Shown here: positions 18,894-28,780 of the stretch, piece by piece
How positions within the stretch are numbered: position 1 is the first letter of the stretch
How the letters are laid out: each line of letters starts with the position of its first letter
Assembly: GCA_963718525.1 (NCBI GenBank)
Contig: OY970355.1
Span: 864,001-928,000, forward strand
DNA: 64,000 bases
Direction: 5' to 3'
From: Candidatus Dormiibacterota bacterium
GTDB lineage: Bacteria; Chloroflexota; Dormibacteria; Aeolococcales; Aeolococcaceae
Notes under the pieces: model-generated
The model's input: the letters and a program-made list of their open reading frames with translations, nothing else
Told to the model about the DNA's origin: nothing
The model's database searches: none
Position numbers and translations under genes: made by a program

Positions 18894-20287
18894 CGGCCGG
18901 CGTCCGTGTGGTGATCCCGGCATCGCCGGAGCTCGAAGACGTCCTCGAAGCGATCGCCGCAGCCGCTCGCGCCCTGGACATCGAGGTGTACCTCGTCGGT
19001 GGCTTCGTCAGGGACCGCCTCCTCGGCGGCGCGCTCAGCAAGGACATCGACCTGGTGACCGTGGGCGCCGACCCGATGCCGCTCCTGACGGCTGTGGCAT
19101 CCGGGTTCGGCTGGCATCCCCCGGAGCGCTTCGAGCGGTTCGGCACGGCCCAGATCCGAGGAGGCGCCTTCATCGTTGAGGGCGTCCGTGCGCGCGCCGA
19201 GCGCTATGACCCGGAGTCCCGCAACCCTGACGTGCGCCCCGGCACCCTCGAGGAGGATGTCTGGAGACGCGATTTCACGGTGAACTCCCTCTGCCAGAGC
19301 CTCGACGGCGAGGTCATCGACATCACCGGCCAGGGGCTAGCCGACCTCGTCGCGGGGGTGTTGCGCACCCCGCTCGACCCGGCGGAGACCTTCGCCGAGG
19401 ATCCGCTGCGGATGTTCCGGGCTGCGCGTTTTGTGGCCAGGCTGGGGTTCGAGCTTGCCCCGGGGACGATCGAGGCGATGCGCGCCCAGGCGGGACGAAT
19501 CTCGATCCTCTCCATCGAGCGGGTCAGCGACGAGATCCGCCGCATGCTTGTCGCCCCGTACCCGAGCGCCGGCATCGCGGTGCTCCGGGATGCCGGGCTC
19601 CTCGACCTCGTGCTCCCCGAACTTGTTGCCGCTGTGGGGATCGAACAGGGCGGCTATCACACCCACGACGTCTACGGGCACACGCTCGCGACGGTCGACG
19701 CTGCCCCGGCTGACCTGGTGACTCGAACCGCGGCGCTGCTCCACGACATCGCCAAGCCCCCAACTCATGCGATCGCGCCCGACGGCCGCCACACCTTCTA
19801 CGACCACCCGCAGATCGGGGCCGATATGGCCACGGCGATCCTGAGCCGCTGGCGTTTCAGCAACGACGAGATCAGTGACGTGAGCCGCCTGGTGCGGATG
19901 CACCTGCGCCCGATCCAGTACGAGCGCGAGTCGTTCAGCGATGCGGCGCTGCGGCGGCTGATCCGAGACGCCGGACCCCTGCGGGACAGGATGCTCGACC
20001 TCGCGCGAGCGGATACGACGGCATCCGCCTATCCGACTCTCGAGGAGCTCGATGAGCTCCGCGAGCGGATGGGGCGGCTCGACGCCGGAGGAGCAGTCTC
20101 GGCGATGGCCGATCCCCTGAGCGGCGACGACCTCATGACGATGGCCGGACGTGGCCCTGGTCCCTGGGTTGGCCGCGCCAAGACAGCCATCCGTGAAGCC
20201 GTGATCGAGGGGACGCTTCCGCCGGGCGACCGTGATGCGGCTCGCGAATGGGTGGAGGCACACCCGGAGGTCCTGGGTGAAGGTTGA
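18890..20287 (+). CDS. cca: CCA-adding enzyme / poly(A) polymerase family with HD domain
   Basis: VGGFVRD, DID, RRDFTVN, EDPLRMFRAARF, LLHDIAKP. Confidence 0.88.
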   Translation: MTAGVRVVIPASPELEDVLEAIAAAARALDIEVYLVGGFVRDRLLGGALSKDIDLVTVGADPMPLLTAVASGFGWHPPERFERFGTAQIRGGAFIVEGVRARAERYDPESRNPDVRPGTLEEDVWRRDFTVNSLCQSLDGEVIDITGQGLADLVAGVLRTPLDPAETFAEDPLRMFRAARFVARLGFELAPGTIEAMRAQAGRISILSIERVSDEIRRMLVAPYPSAGIAVLRDAGLLDLVLPELVAAVGIEQGGYHTHDVYGHTLATVDAAPADLVTRTAALLHDIAKPPTHAIAPDGRHTFYDHPQIGADMATAILSRWRFSNDEISDVSRLVRMHLRPIQYERESFSDAALRRLIRDAGPLRDRMLDLARADTTASAYPTLEELDELRERMGRLDAGGAVSAMADPLSGDDLMTMAGRGPGPWVGRAKTAIREAVIEGTLPPGDRDAAREWVEAHPEVLGEG

Positions 20288-20368
20288 ACGTATCGCCCCG
20301 CAGCCACAGTTCGCGCCGGTGTTATCTGATCGAGAACAACGGCAACAAAGTAGAATGCGCGGTTCGAG

Positions 20369-20749
20369 ATGTTGAGCAAGCTCCGCAGTGCCAAACGCCT
20401 TTTCGTCGATCTGCCGCGCATGCTGCGGCTTGCGTACTGCCTCATGTTCGACGCGCGCGTGCCCCGTTACATGAAGCTGGCGTTCGGCGGCGGACTGGCA
20501 CTGATCGCGCTGCCGGTCGTCGATCTTCCGGAGTCGCTGCCGGTGATCGGTGAGCTCGACGTTCTCGCCCTGAGCCTGCTTGCAACCCGCGCCTTCATCG
20601 CCGCATGCCCGCGTCACGTCGTCGCCGAGCAGGAGGAATTGATCACCCAACGGCGCAGCCGCTTCGACGACGATGTCCGCAACGGAGAACGTATCGCTTT
20701 GATGATCTACCGGCGCCTGCGCCCTGAGGAGCGCGAGGCGGTCTCGTGA
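20369..20749 (+). CDS. YkvA/DUF1232-like protein
   Basis: DARVP...K, VDLPESLPVIGELD. Confidence 0.7.
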   Translation: MLSKLRSAKRLFVDLPRMLRLAYCLMFDARVPRYMKLAFGGGLALIALPVVDLPESLPVIGELDVLALSLLATRAFIAACPRHVVAEQEELITQRRSRFDDDVRNGERIALMIYRRLRPEEREAVS

Positions 20750-21192
20750 AAGTTCTGTTTCTGAAGGAAGTGGCAGGAACTGCCAAGCCTGGTGACGTCC
20801 GCGAGGTGTCCCCTGGCTATGCGCGCAACTTCCTGTTTCCGAAACACCTCGCGGTGATCGCGGACCAGAACACGGTGGACCAGATTCGACGCCGCGAGGA
20901 AGCCACCCGCCGGCGGGTCGAGAAGGCGCTCATCGACGCCAAGGACACAGCGCAGCGACTTCGCAAGCTCACCGTGACGGTGTACGCCAAGGCCGGCGAG
21001 GCGGGGCGGCTCTTCGGGACCGTCACCACCGCCGACGTCGCCAAGCAACTCAAGCGGGAGGCGGGGATCGACATCGACAAGCGGAAGATCGAGATCGATC
21101 CGCCGATCCGCTCCCTCGGCCCGCACGAAGCCACCATTGAACTCCACCCGGAGGTCACGGAGACACTCAAGGTCGTCGTCGCGGCCCAATGA
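20746..21192 (+). CDS. rplI: 50S ribosomal protein L9
   Basis: VSPGYARNFLFP, GRLFGTV, IRSLG. Confidence 0.97.
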   Translation: MKVLFLKEVAGTAKPGDVREVSPGYARNFLFPKHLAVIADQNTVDQIRRREEATRRRVEKALIDAKDTAQRLRKLTVTVYAKAGEAGRLFGTVTTADVAKQLKREAGIDIDKRKIEIDPPIRSLGPHEATIELHPEVTETLKVVVAAQ

Positions 21193-22562
21193 CCTCCCTC
21201 CCGCAGACCGAGTTGTTGGGACGCGGGGCGACTGCGGGGACAGGGGCGATGCGCGTCCCGCCGCACGACAACGAAGCCGAACAGGCCGTGCTCGGCGGCA
21301 TCCTCATCGACCGCGAGGCGCTGTCGATCGTGCGCGACGTGCTCGTGCCCGAGGACTTTTACGCGGAGCGCCACGCGGTGCTGTATCGCGCCGCCCTCTC
21401 GCTGGATGATCGTGGCGAGGCGATCGACACGGTGACGCTGCGCGATCAGCTCGAGCGTGGTCCCGGCATCGGCCGTGCCGGCGGCATGGACTACATCGCC
21501 GAACTCACGCTCGTCGTGCCCAGCTCCGCGAGCGTCAAGCACTACGCCGACATCGTCATCGCGCATGCGCTGCGGCGCCGCCTCATCGAGGCCGGCGCCA
21601 GGGTGAGCCGGCTGGGATTCGACAACACGACCCCGGTCAGCGACGCGATCGACCAGGCCGAGCAGGAAGTGTTCAAGATCGGTCAGGAGAGCCGCGGATC
21701 GGAGATGCGCAACATCGCGCCGGTGGTGCGCGAGTGGTGGGACGTCCTCGAGAAGCGCATCGAGCACAAGCAGCTCGTGACCGGCGTGCCCACCAACTTC
21801 TCGAAGCTCGACATGCTCACCCAGGGTCTGCAACCGGGAGAGCTGATCATCCTGGCGGCACGTCCCGCCGTCGGCAAGACGTCGTTCGCGCTCAACATCG
21901 CACGCAACGCCGCGGTCCTCGCCGGACGCCCCGTCGTCGTCTTCTCGCTGGAGATGTCGCGGCAGTCGCTCGTCCAGCGGCTCATCTGCAGCGAGGCACA
22001 CGTCAACTCCTACATGCTGCGCACCGGGCAGGCGGATTCCATGGCCTTCCAGAAGATCGCCAAGGCGATGGACACGCTCACACATGCCGACCTCTGGATC
22101 GATGACTCACCCGGCCTCGCCATCAACACGCTCCGCGCCCGCGCCCGGCGGATGAAGGCGCAGCACAAGATCGAGCTGATCGTCATCGACTACCTGCAGC
22201 TGATGCAGGGGGGCAGGCGCGATTCCCGGGTCCAGGAGGTGTCGGACATCTCCTCGGGGCTGAAGTCCATCGCCAAGGAGCTGAACGTCCCCGTGCTCGC
22301 GCTCTCGCAGCTCTCCCGAGCGGCCGAGCAACGCGAGAACAAGCGTCCGCAGCTCAGCGACCTCCGTGACAGCGGTTCGATCGAACAGGATGCGGACGTG
22401 GTGCTCTTCCTCTATCGCGAGGGCATGCACAACCGTGAGATCGACAAGGGCAAGACCGAGCTCATCGTGGCGAAGAACCGCAACGGGCCGGTCGACGACC
22501 TGCCGCTGGTGTTCATCGCCGAGCAGACGGCGTTCCGAGAGCCCTACCTGGCGGCTGAGTAA
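21189..22562 (+). CDS. dnaB: Replicative DNA helicase
   Basis: AEQAVLG, AARPAVGKT, IDYLQLM, LSQLSR, DLRDSGSIEQDAD, KNRNG; no intein. Confidence 0.97.
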   Translation: MTSLPQTELLGRGATAGTGAMRVPPHDNEAEQAVLGGILIDREALSIVRDVLVPEDFYAERHAVLYRAALSLDDRGEAIDTVTLRDQLERGPGIGRAGGMDYIAELTLVVPSSASVKHYADIVIAHALRRRLIEAGARVSRLGFDNTTPVSDAIDQAEQEVFKIGQESRGSEMRNIAPVVREWWDVLEKRIEHKQLVTGVPTNFSKLDMLTQGLQPGELIILAARPAVGKTSFALNIARNAAVLAGRPVVVFSLEMSRQSLVQRLICSEAHVNSYMLRTGQADSMAFQKIAKAMDTLTHADLWIDDSPGLAINTLRARARRMKAQHKIELIVIDYLQLMQGGRRDSRVQEVSDISSGLKSIAKELNVPVLALSQLSRAAEQRENKRPQLSDLRDSGSIEQDADVVLFLYREGMHNREIDKGKTELIVAKNRNGPVDDLPLVFIAEQTAFREPYLAAE

Positions 22563-22657
22563 CGCGCCGTCTGCGCATCGCGTTGCAGGAGCGAACGCCG
22601 TGTCACGGTACGGCCCATGGCACATGGGCCCCGTCCAACCCTGATTCAATGGTGCAG

Positions 22658-23806
22658 ATGAAACGAGCCCTCCAGACCGCTCGCGCCGTGATCGGGTCTC
22701 CGTGGACCCGCGTGAGCGGAACGGTCGTCGGTCTCGCCATCCTCGCCCACTCCATCAACGTGCCCCAGGCCGTGGGAAGCCTGACGCATGCTGACCCGCT
22801 CTGGATCGCCGCAGCGCTCGGCCTGACGGTGCTCGCCGTGGCCGCGAGCGTGGTCGAGTGGGGAGTGCTCCTCCGCACCGCCAATGCCCCAGCCGGCGCC
22901 GGACCCGGTTCGCTGCTCAGCTGGCGCCGCCTGAGCTCCTCGTACCTTCAAGCCATGTTTTTCACGCAGATGCTTCCCGCCGGGGTTGGCGGCGACGCCA
23001 TGCGAACCGTCGAGATGGGCCGCCAGGTCGGTCACGGTAACGTCCTCGCCTCGCTCGCCGGCAGCCGCCTCGCCGGCATGCTCGGCATGACCTGCTGGGG
23101 AATCGCAGCCGCCATCCTGCTCCGCGCGCTGCTCGGTACCGGGGTTGTGATCGTGATCGCCGGTCTCGCCATGGCGGTGGTGATCATCTGGCTCCTGGCG
23201 CTCAGCGCCGACCGCCTGGTGCCGCATCGCCTGCTCGCCCGGGTGTCCGAGGCGATGAGCCGCGGCGTGCGCTCCTTCAGCGATGCGTTCGCCGGCTATC
23301 GCAACCATCCCCACGCCGTCGCCCAGTCACTCCTGGTCGGAGCCGCCGGGTGGGGATTCAATCTCCTCGCCCTGAGCGTCGCCGCCCGCGCCATCGGGGT
23401 GGATCTGAGCTGGACGGTGCTCGCGGTCTGCATCCCGATCACCCTGCTGGTCGCCCTGGCCCCCTTCAGCATCAACGGGCTCGGGCTCCGCGAAGGGGTT
23501 CTCGTGGCGCTGCTGTCCCACGCCGGTGTCTCGGTCGCGCACGCGGGAGCGATCTCCGTCCTCATCGACCTGCAGATGCTCCCCTTTGCCGTTCTCGGAG
23601 CAGTCCTCTGGTCGCGCCACCGGCGCAACAATCGTTCTCCGGTGGAGCTGGCGGTCGAGGTTGCCGCTGCAGAGGATGCCGCGCTCGCGGGATTGACGCC
23701 TGGTGCGCCTAGACTTCAGCGGCGTGACGCGGCAGTTCAGCGACTTCCTGGCAGCCCACGCGGCGCGGATCGCCGACCTGTGGGCGAGGCAGATATCACC
23801 GGCTGA
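22658..23806 (+). CDS. Lysylphosphatidylglycerol-synthase TM (flippase-like) domain protein
   Basis: LPAGVGGDAMR, PFSINGLGLRE; start uncertain; 3' end overlaps the next gene by about 80 nt. Confidence 0.8.
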   Translation: MKRALQTARAVIGSPWTRVSGTVVGLAILAHSINVPQAVGSLTHADPLWIAAALGLTVLAVAASVVEWGVLLRTANAPAGAGPGSLLSWRRLSSSYLQAMFFTQMLPAGVGGDAMRTVEMGRQVGHGNVLASLAGSRLAGMLGMTCWGIAAAILLRALLGTGVVIVIAGLAMAVVIIWLLALSADRLVPHRLLARVSEAMSRGVRSFSDAFAGYRNHPHAVAQSLLVGAAGWGFNLLALSVAARAIGVDLSWTVLAVCIPITLLVALAPFSINGLGLREGVLVALLSHAGVSVAHAGAISVLIDLQMLPFAVLGAVLWSRHRRNNRSPVELAVEVAAAEDAALAGLTPGAPRLQRRDAAVQRLPGSPRGADRRPVGEADITG

Positions 23807-24839
23807 TCCCGGTGCCCCTCTCGACCGCGCCCGAGGTCCGCGTCAGTTCGTCAACGCGGTGCTCGTCGCGCTGACGGCGGACGACTTCAGGCCGCTGATC
23901 GCCTACCACCATCTCGATGCCGATACCGGCATCGAGCGCCGGCTCGAGAACGCACTCGCCAACCTCACTGCGCTGCGCCAGGTGACCGCCGAGGCAGTCC
24001 GCGAGGAGCGGCTCGACCCCGAGGAGACGCTGGCCCTCGCGGCGACGACCGCCGACGACGTTGAGGCGGTCGGGCAGCGCCTCGCCGGGTCCTGCGTTGC
24101 GACCCTCGAGCATCGGCTGTCCAGCGCGACATCGGAGTCGTCAGCGCGGGGAACGTCCCTGTCGATCACCATGCACGAGCTCCGCCGCCCGCTCACGATC
24201 CTCAACAGCTACGGACAGCTGCTCAGCGCCGGGATGCTCGGGGCGCTGCCGGAGACGGCGATCGTCGCCATCGAAGGGATCACGGCCAGCACCGAGATGA
24301 TGGTTCGAATGGTGAACGCGCTCGCCGAGCTGGCACGGCTCGAGGATCCTGACGACCGTCTCGCGCTCGAGGTCATGGATGCCGAGGAGGTCGTCGCCGA
24401 AGCCATCGAGCACGTCGCCATGGAGGCGAAGCTTCGTGAGTTCCCGATCTCCAGCGAGTGCGAACATGGGCTGAGGATGAAAGGGGATCGGCGCCGGTTG
24501 ATCCTGGCGCTGACCAACCTGCTGGGCAACGCCGTCAAACACGGGCCGACCGGGTCTCCGATCGAGGTGCTGGTCGCTCGCGAGGGCGACTCGGTGCGGT
24601 TCACCGTTCGCGACCACGGCATGGGGTTTCCCATCGCCGATACGGGTCACCTGTTCGACAAGTATTTTCGATCGGTCGCCGAGCGCCAGCGCAAGGTGCC
24701 GGGGAGCGGTCTCGGCCTGTACATCGTGCGCACGGTGGCCGAGCGGCACGGCGGAACCGTTGCGGCTCGGAGCGTCCCCGGGAGCGGCGCCGAGTTCGAC
24801 ATGACGATCCCGTTGCATCGAGAGGAGGCGACCCAATGA
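23724..24839 (+). CDS. Cytoplasmic sensor histidine kinase (HisKA + HATPase)
   Basis: HELRRPLT, NLLGNAVKH, DHGMG, GSGLGLYI; no TM helix; start 23703 or 23724. Confidence 0.88.
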   Translation: MTRQFSDFLAAHAARIADLWARQISPADPGAPLDRARGPRQFVNAVLVALTADDFRPLIAYHHLDADTGIERRLENALANLTALRQVTAEAVREERLDPEETLALAATTADDVEAVGQRLAGSCVATLEHRLSSATSESSARGTSLSITMHELRRPLTILNSYGQLLSAGMLGALPETAIVAIEGITASTEMMVRMVNALAELARLEDPDDRLALEVMDAEEVVAEAIEHVAMEAKLREFPISSECEHGLRMKGDRRRLILALTNLLGNAVKHGPTGSPIEVLVAREGDSVRFTVRDHGMGFPIADTGHLFDKYFRSVAERQRKVPGSGLGLYIVRTVAERHGGTVAARSVPGSGAEFDMTIPLHREEATQ

Positions 24840-26275
24840 CGACGACGGCGACCGGCGCAACCGCGGCGACGAGGAGCGAGCGCGATTCGATGGGCGAGTT
24901 CGAGGTGCCGGCGGACGCCTATTACGGCGCAAGCACGATGCGAGCGAAGGTGAACTTCCCGATCAGCGACCTGCGCCTGCCGCGTGGCTTCATTCATGCG
25001 ATCGGGCTGATCAAGCAGCAGGCGGCGCTCGTCAACCGCGAGCTCGGGCTGCTCGACGAGAACATCGCGGGAGCCATCATTCGCGCCGCCCAGGACGTGG
25101 TGGACGGCACCCTCGACGCTGAGTTCATCGTCGACGTGTTCCAGACCGGCAGCGGCACCTCGACGAACATGAACGCCAACGAGGTGATCGCCAACCGGGC
25201 GATCGAGTTGCTCGGCGGTGTGCGCGGATCACGGACCCCGGTGCATCCCAACGATCACGTGAACCTCGGTCAGTCGAGCAACGACGTGATCCCGACGGCG
25301 ATCCAGCTCGCCGCCGCCGTGCTGATCAGCGAAGACACCATCCCCGGACTGCGAATCCTGGAGGCGTCGCTGCGGCGCAAGTCAGACGAGCTGTGGCCGG
25401 TGATCAAGACCGGCCGCACCCACCTGCAGGATGCGACGCCGATCAGGCTCGGTCAGGAGTTCCTCGGCTACGCGGGCCAGGTGGAGCGAGCGCGGCGCCA
25501 CTGCGAGGAGGCGCTTGGCGCACTTGCCGAATTGCCCCTCGGCGGCACCGCTGTCGGCACCGGCGTCGGAACCCACCCGGAGTTCCCCGCCAAGGTGATC
25601 GCGCTGCTCGCAGCGGATCTCGGCATCCCGCTTCGAGAGACCGACAACCACTTCAGCGCACAGTCGACGCTCGACGCCGTCGTCGCCGCGAGCGGAGCGC
25701 TTCGATCCACCGCCGTGGCGATGAACAAGATCGCCGGCGACATCCGGCTGCTCGGATGCGGACCGCGCGCCGGGATCGCGGAGATCGCGATTCCAGAGGT
25801 CCAGCCGGGCTCATCGATCATGCCGGGCAAGGTGAATCCGGTGATCTGCGAGTTGGTGACGATGGTTGCCGCGCAGGTGATCGGCAACGACGCGACCATC
25901 GCGTTCTGCGGCGCGGCGGGGTCGCTCCTCGAGCTCAATGTGATGATGCCGGTCGCCGCGTACGACCTCCTGCAGTCGGCGTCCTTGCTCGGCGCGGCGG
26001 CGCGCAACCTCGCCAGTCAATGCGTCGACGGCATCACCGCCACCGAGAATGGACCGGCCCTGGTGGAGCGCGGGCTGATGCTCTGCACCGCGCTCACCCC
26101 GGTGATCGGCTACGACGCCGCCGCTGCGATCGCGAAGGAGGCGTACAAGACCGGTCGCACCGTGCGCGAAGTCGCGCGCGAACGCAGCGGGCTCGACGAG
26201 GCGGAGTTGACCCGACTACTCGACCCCGAGGCGATGACCCGGCCCGGGCGCGATGCCGGACCGGCAGGAGGCTGA
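24836..26275 (+). CDS. fumC: Class II fumarate hydratase
   Basis: FQTGSGTSTNMN, SSND, KTGRTHLQDA, GSSIMPGKVNP; GAGGAGG SD. Confidence 0.93.
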   Translation: MTTTATGATAATRSERDSMGEFEVPADAYYGASTMRAKVNFPISDLRLPRGFIHAIGLIKQQAALVNRELGLLDENIAGAIIRAAQDVVDGTLDAEFIVDVFQTGSGTSTNMNANEVIANRAIELLGGVRGSRTPVHPNDHVNLGQSSNDVIPTAIQLAAAVLISEDTIPGLRILEASLRRKSDELWPVIKTGRTHLQDATPIRLGQEFLGYAGQVERARRHCEEALGALAELPLGGTAVGTGVGTHPEFPAKVIALLAADLGIPLRETDNHFSAQSTLDAVVAASGALRSTAVAMNKIAGDIRLLGCGPRAGIAEIAIPEVQPGSSIMPGKVNPVICELVTMVAAQVIGNDATIAFCGAAGSLLELNVMMPVAAYDLLQSASLLGAAARNLASQCVDGITATENGPALVERGLMLCTALTPVIGYDAAAAIAKEAYKTGRTVREVARERSGLDEAELTRLLDPEAMTRPGRDAGPAGG

Positions 26276-26276
26276 T

Positions 26277-27140
26277 GTGTCCGACGGGAGCCTGCTCGCG
26301 GTTGTGGGTGCGGGCGCGATGGGCGGGCAGATCGCGTACCAGGCGGCGCTGCACGGGTACGACGTTCGTCTGATCAGCCGGAGCGAGGATCGGCTCCGCG
26401 CGGCCAGCGCGTCGTCGACGGCGCTGCTCCGGCGCCGCGTCGAGAAGGGCACGCTCGAAGGCGGCGCGTGCGAGGCGGCTCTTGCGCGCGTGACCCTGGG
26501 CTCCGCATTCGAGGCGATCAAGGGCGCGGCGACGATCATCGAGTTGGTCGCCGAGGACCGCGACGCCAAGCGCGAGGTGTATGCGCGGATCTGCGAGCAC
26601 GCCGATGATACTGCCATCATCGGCACAAACTCCTCGACCATGCCCTCGTCGCTGCTCGAGGACGCGGTGACGCACTCCGAGCGTTTCCTCAACATCCACT
26701 TCTTCAACCCCGCGCTGCTGATGGCGCTCGTCGAAGTGGTGCCGGGACCGCACACCGCCGAGGACACGGTCCTCCGTGCCATGGACTTCGCCCGCGCAAT
26801 CGGCAAGACGCCGGTGCGGCTCGCACGTGAGGAATACGGGTTCATCGCGAATCGCATCCTGTTCATCGCGATCCAGGAGGCGATGCGGCTCGTGGAGAAC
26901 GGGTACGTCACCATCCACGACTGCGATCTCGCGGTACGGAACGCCCTGGGATGGCCGATGGGACCGTTCCAGCTGTCGGACCTGATCGGGCTCGACGTCG
27001 TCGAGGCGATCCTCGACGAGGGCTTCCGTCAGACAGGTGATCAGCGCTGGGAACCAGTCGAGCTGCTGCGAGCTCTGGTCGCGAGCGGACGTCTCGGCAG
27101 GAAGACGGGCGAGGGGTTCTTCACCACCTCAGAGTCGTGA
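26277..27140 (+). CDS. 3-hydroxyacyl-CoA dehydrogenase family protein
   Basis: GAGAMGGQI, HFFNP, GFIANR, PMGPF, LGRKTGEGF. Confidence 0.9.
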   Translation: MSDGSLLAVVGAGAMGGQIAYQAALHGYDVRLISRSEDRLRAASASSTALLRRRVEKGTLEGGACEAALARVTLGSAFEAIKGAATIIELVAEDRDAKREVYARICEHADDTAIIGTNSSTMPSSLLEDAVTHSERFLNIHFFNPALLMALVEVVPGPHTAEDTVLRAMDFARAIGKTPVRLAREEYGFIANRILFIAIQEAMRLVENGYVTIHDCDLAVRNALGWPMGPFQLSDLIGLDVVEAILDEGFRQTGDQRWEPVELLRALVASGRLGRKTGEGFFTTSES

Positions 27141-27632
27141 GAGGAATGGATACGGGTACTGGTTGACCAGCGCGCCGCGAGTGATCGTATAGACGATCCA
27201 CACCAGCGGGAAGGTGAGCCAGAGCAGGCCGTGACGGAGCCGCAACTGCCCCGATGGCGGCGTGACCAGCCAGTCGGCGAGCATCACCAGGGGCATGAGC
27301 TCGTGGACGACTGAGTTCACCCACGGTATCGCCGTGTCGACGTCGGTGTTCGACAGCAGGAGGGTGAACACGATGCCTGTGATGCTCATGTAGACCACGG
27401 CGCTCCCCCGCACCAGGTCGAGTGCCGGTGTGGCCGGGCGATCACGAAGGAGCGCTCCCGCGATCAGCACGCCGGTGGCGATGAGGTTGCTGTCGATCGT
27501 GAAGTAGCTGAAATAGTTGACCGGATTCAGCGTTCCCTTCGACGCGAGGCCGATCAGCTGCACGGCGATGGCCACCAACGTCAAGCCTGCAAAGAACAGG
27601 CGAAAGGCAGCGACCGATGACGCGCGGCTCAC
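27129..27632 (-). CDS. Pr6Pr-like membrane protein, possibly C-terminally truncated
   Basis: FSYFTIDSN, YMSITGIV, HELMP, YPYPFL followed almost immediately by the stop. Confidence 0.75.
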   Translation of the reverse strand: MSRASSVAAFRLFFAGLTLVAIAVQLIGLASKGTLNPVNYFSYFTIDSNLIATGVLIAGALLRDRPATPALDLVRGSAVVYMSITGIVFTLLLSNTDVDTAIPWVNSVVHELMPLVMLADWLVTPPSGQLRLRHGLLWLTFPLVWIVYTITRGALVNQYPYPFLSRL

Positions 27633-27671
27633 GCGCGGAACCTACTCCCGGCTCGCCCCCGTGGGACGCGG

Positions 27672-28532
27672 TCACCCCAGCCCGAAAGCCTCGAGCACAT
27701 CGGCGACCCCACCCTCCTCCGGGACCGCGCAGGTCGCGTCAGCGGCAGCGAGCACCTCGGGGCGTGACGACGCCACAGCGACTCCGTAGCCTGCAGCCGT
27801 CAGCAGCTCGACATCGTTGGGAGCGTCGCCGATCGCGACTGCCGCGGCGAGCGAGAAGCCGAGCCTCTTGCAGACGATCTCGCACGCAGCCGCCTTGCTG
27901 ATGTCAGCGTCGAGGATCTCGACGAACTCCGGGTTCGACCGCGTGACACGCGCGGTCCCGGCGAGCTCGCGTGTCATCACCGCGATCGCGCGATCCACCT
28001 CGCCGAGGTCTTCGATGACGCATGCGGCCTTCGTCGTCCCGTGCTCGAGCAGCGGTTCGAGGTCCGGAACGAGCCGGAACTGCACGCCGCTGATCCGGCT
28101 GTAGAGCCACGCCTCGGGGCGGTCCTGTTCGCAGAGAAGCTCGTCGTTCTGATACGCCTGGAAGTGCCAGTTCTGTGCGCGAGCCACGTCAAGCGCCTTG
28201 CGCGCCGGTGCCGGTCGGAGCGGCTGCTCGAAGATCGTCTGGCCAGGCGATCCGTCGTCCTGCGGCATCTCTCGGACCAGAGCGCCCTGATAGCAGACCA
28301 GCGGCTCGTGCACCCCGAGCTCCACGGCCCACGGCAGCGAGGACCGATACATCCGCCCGGTGGCGACGATCACCGGTACGTGCGCGGCCACGGATCGAAC
28401 CGCATCGCGGATGCGCGGGTGGAGTCGCTGCCGGTAGTCGATCGTTGTCCCGTCGAGATCGATGACCACGACCCGCGGCACGAATCCGGCAGCCAGGGGC
28501 TGCGATTCGCGGATGTCGGTGATCCGACTCAT
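27672..28532 (-). CDS. Cof-type HAD hydrolase
   Basis: DLDGT, ATGR, SK, GDAPND. Confidence 0.9.
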   Translation of the reverse strand: MSRITDIRESQPLAAGFVPRVVVIDLDGTTIDYRQRLHPRIRDAVRSVAAHVPVIVATGRMYRSSLPWAVELGVHEPLVCYQGALVREMPQDDGSPGQTIFEQPLRPAPARKALDVARAQNWHFQAYQNDELLCEQDRPEAWLYSRISGVQFRLVPDLEPLLEHGTTKAACVIEDLGEVDRAIAVMTRELAGTARVTRSNPEFVEILDADISKAAACEIVCKRLGFSLAAAVAIGDAPNDVELLTAAGYGVAVASSRPEVLAAADATCAVPEEGGVADVLEAFGLG

Positions 28533-28780
28533 TCGACAGCGAGCGTGGTGGCGTCGTTGCAAGGCATGAGAGGCGATCTTACGCAGGCGTCAGCGCACGA
28601 ATCCGGGGTACACGGACCGCGATGGCGCGAACCTCTGACATCACCGCGAGAGTTAGAACGCGTGAACGCGCCAATCCGGGGTATGCTCTGAAGGTCTTGC
28701 GTTCGTCTTCTCGCGCGCGGTTTGGTAGACCGCTCGCCGCAAGGCCCCGCCCGGCAGCTCCGGCGCCGGTCGATGAGGCC

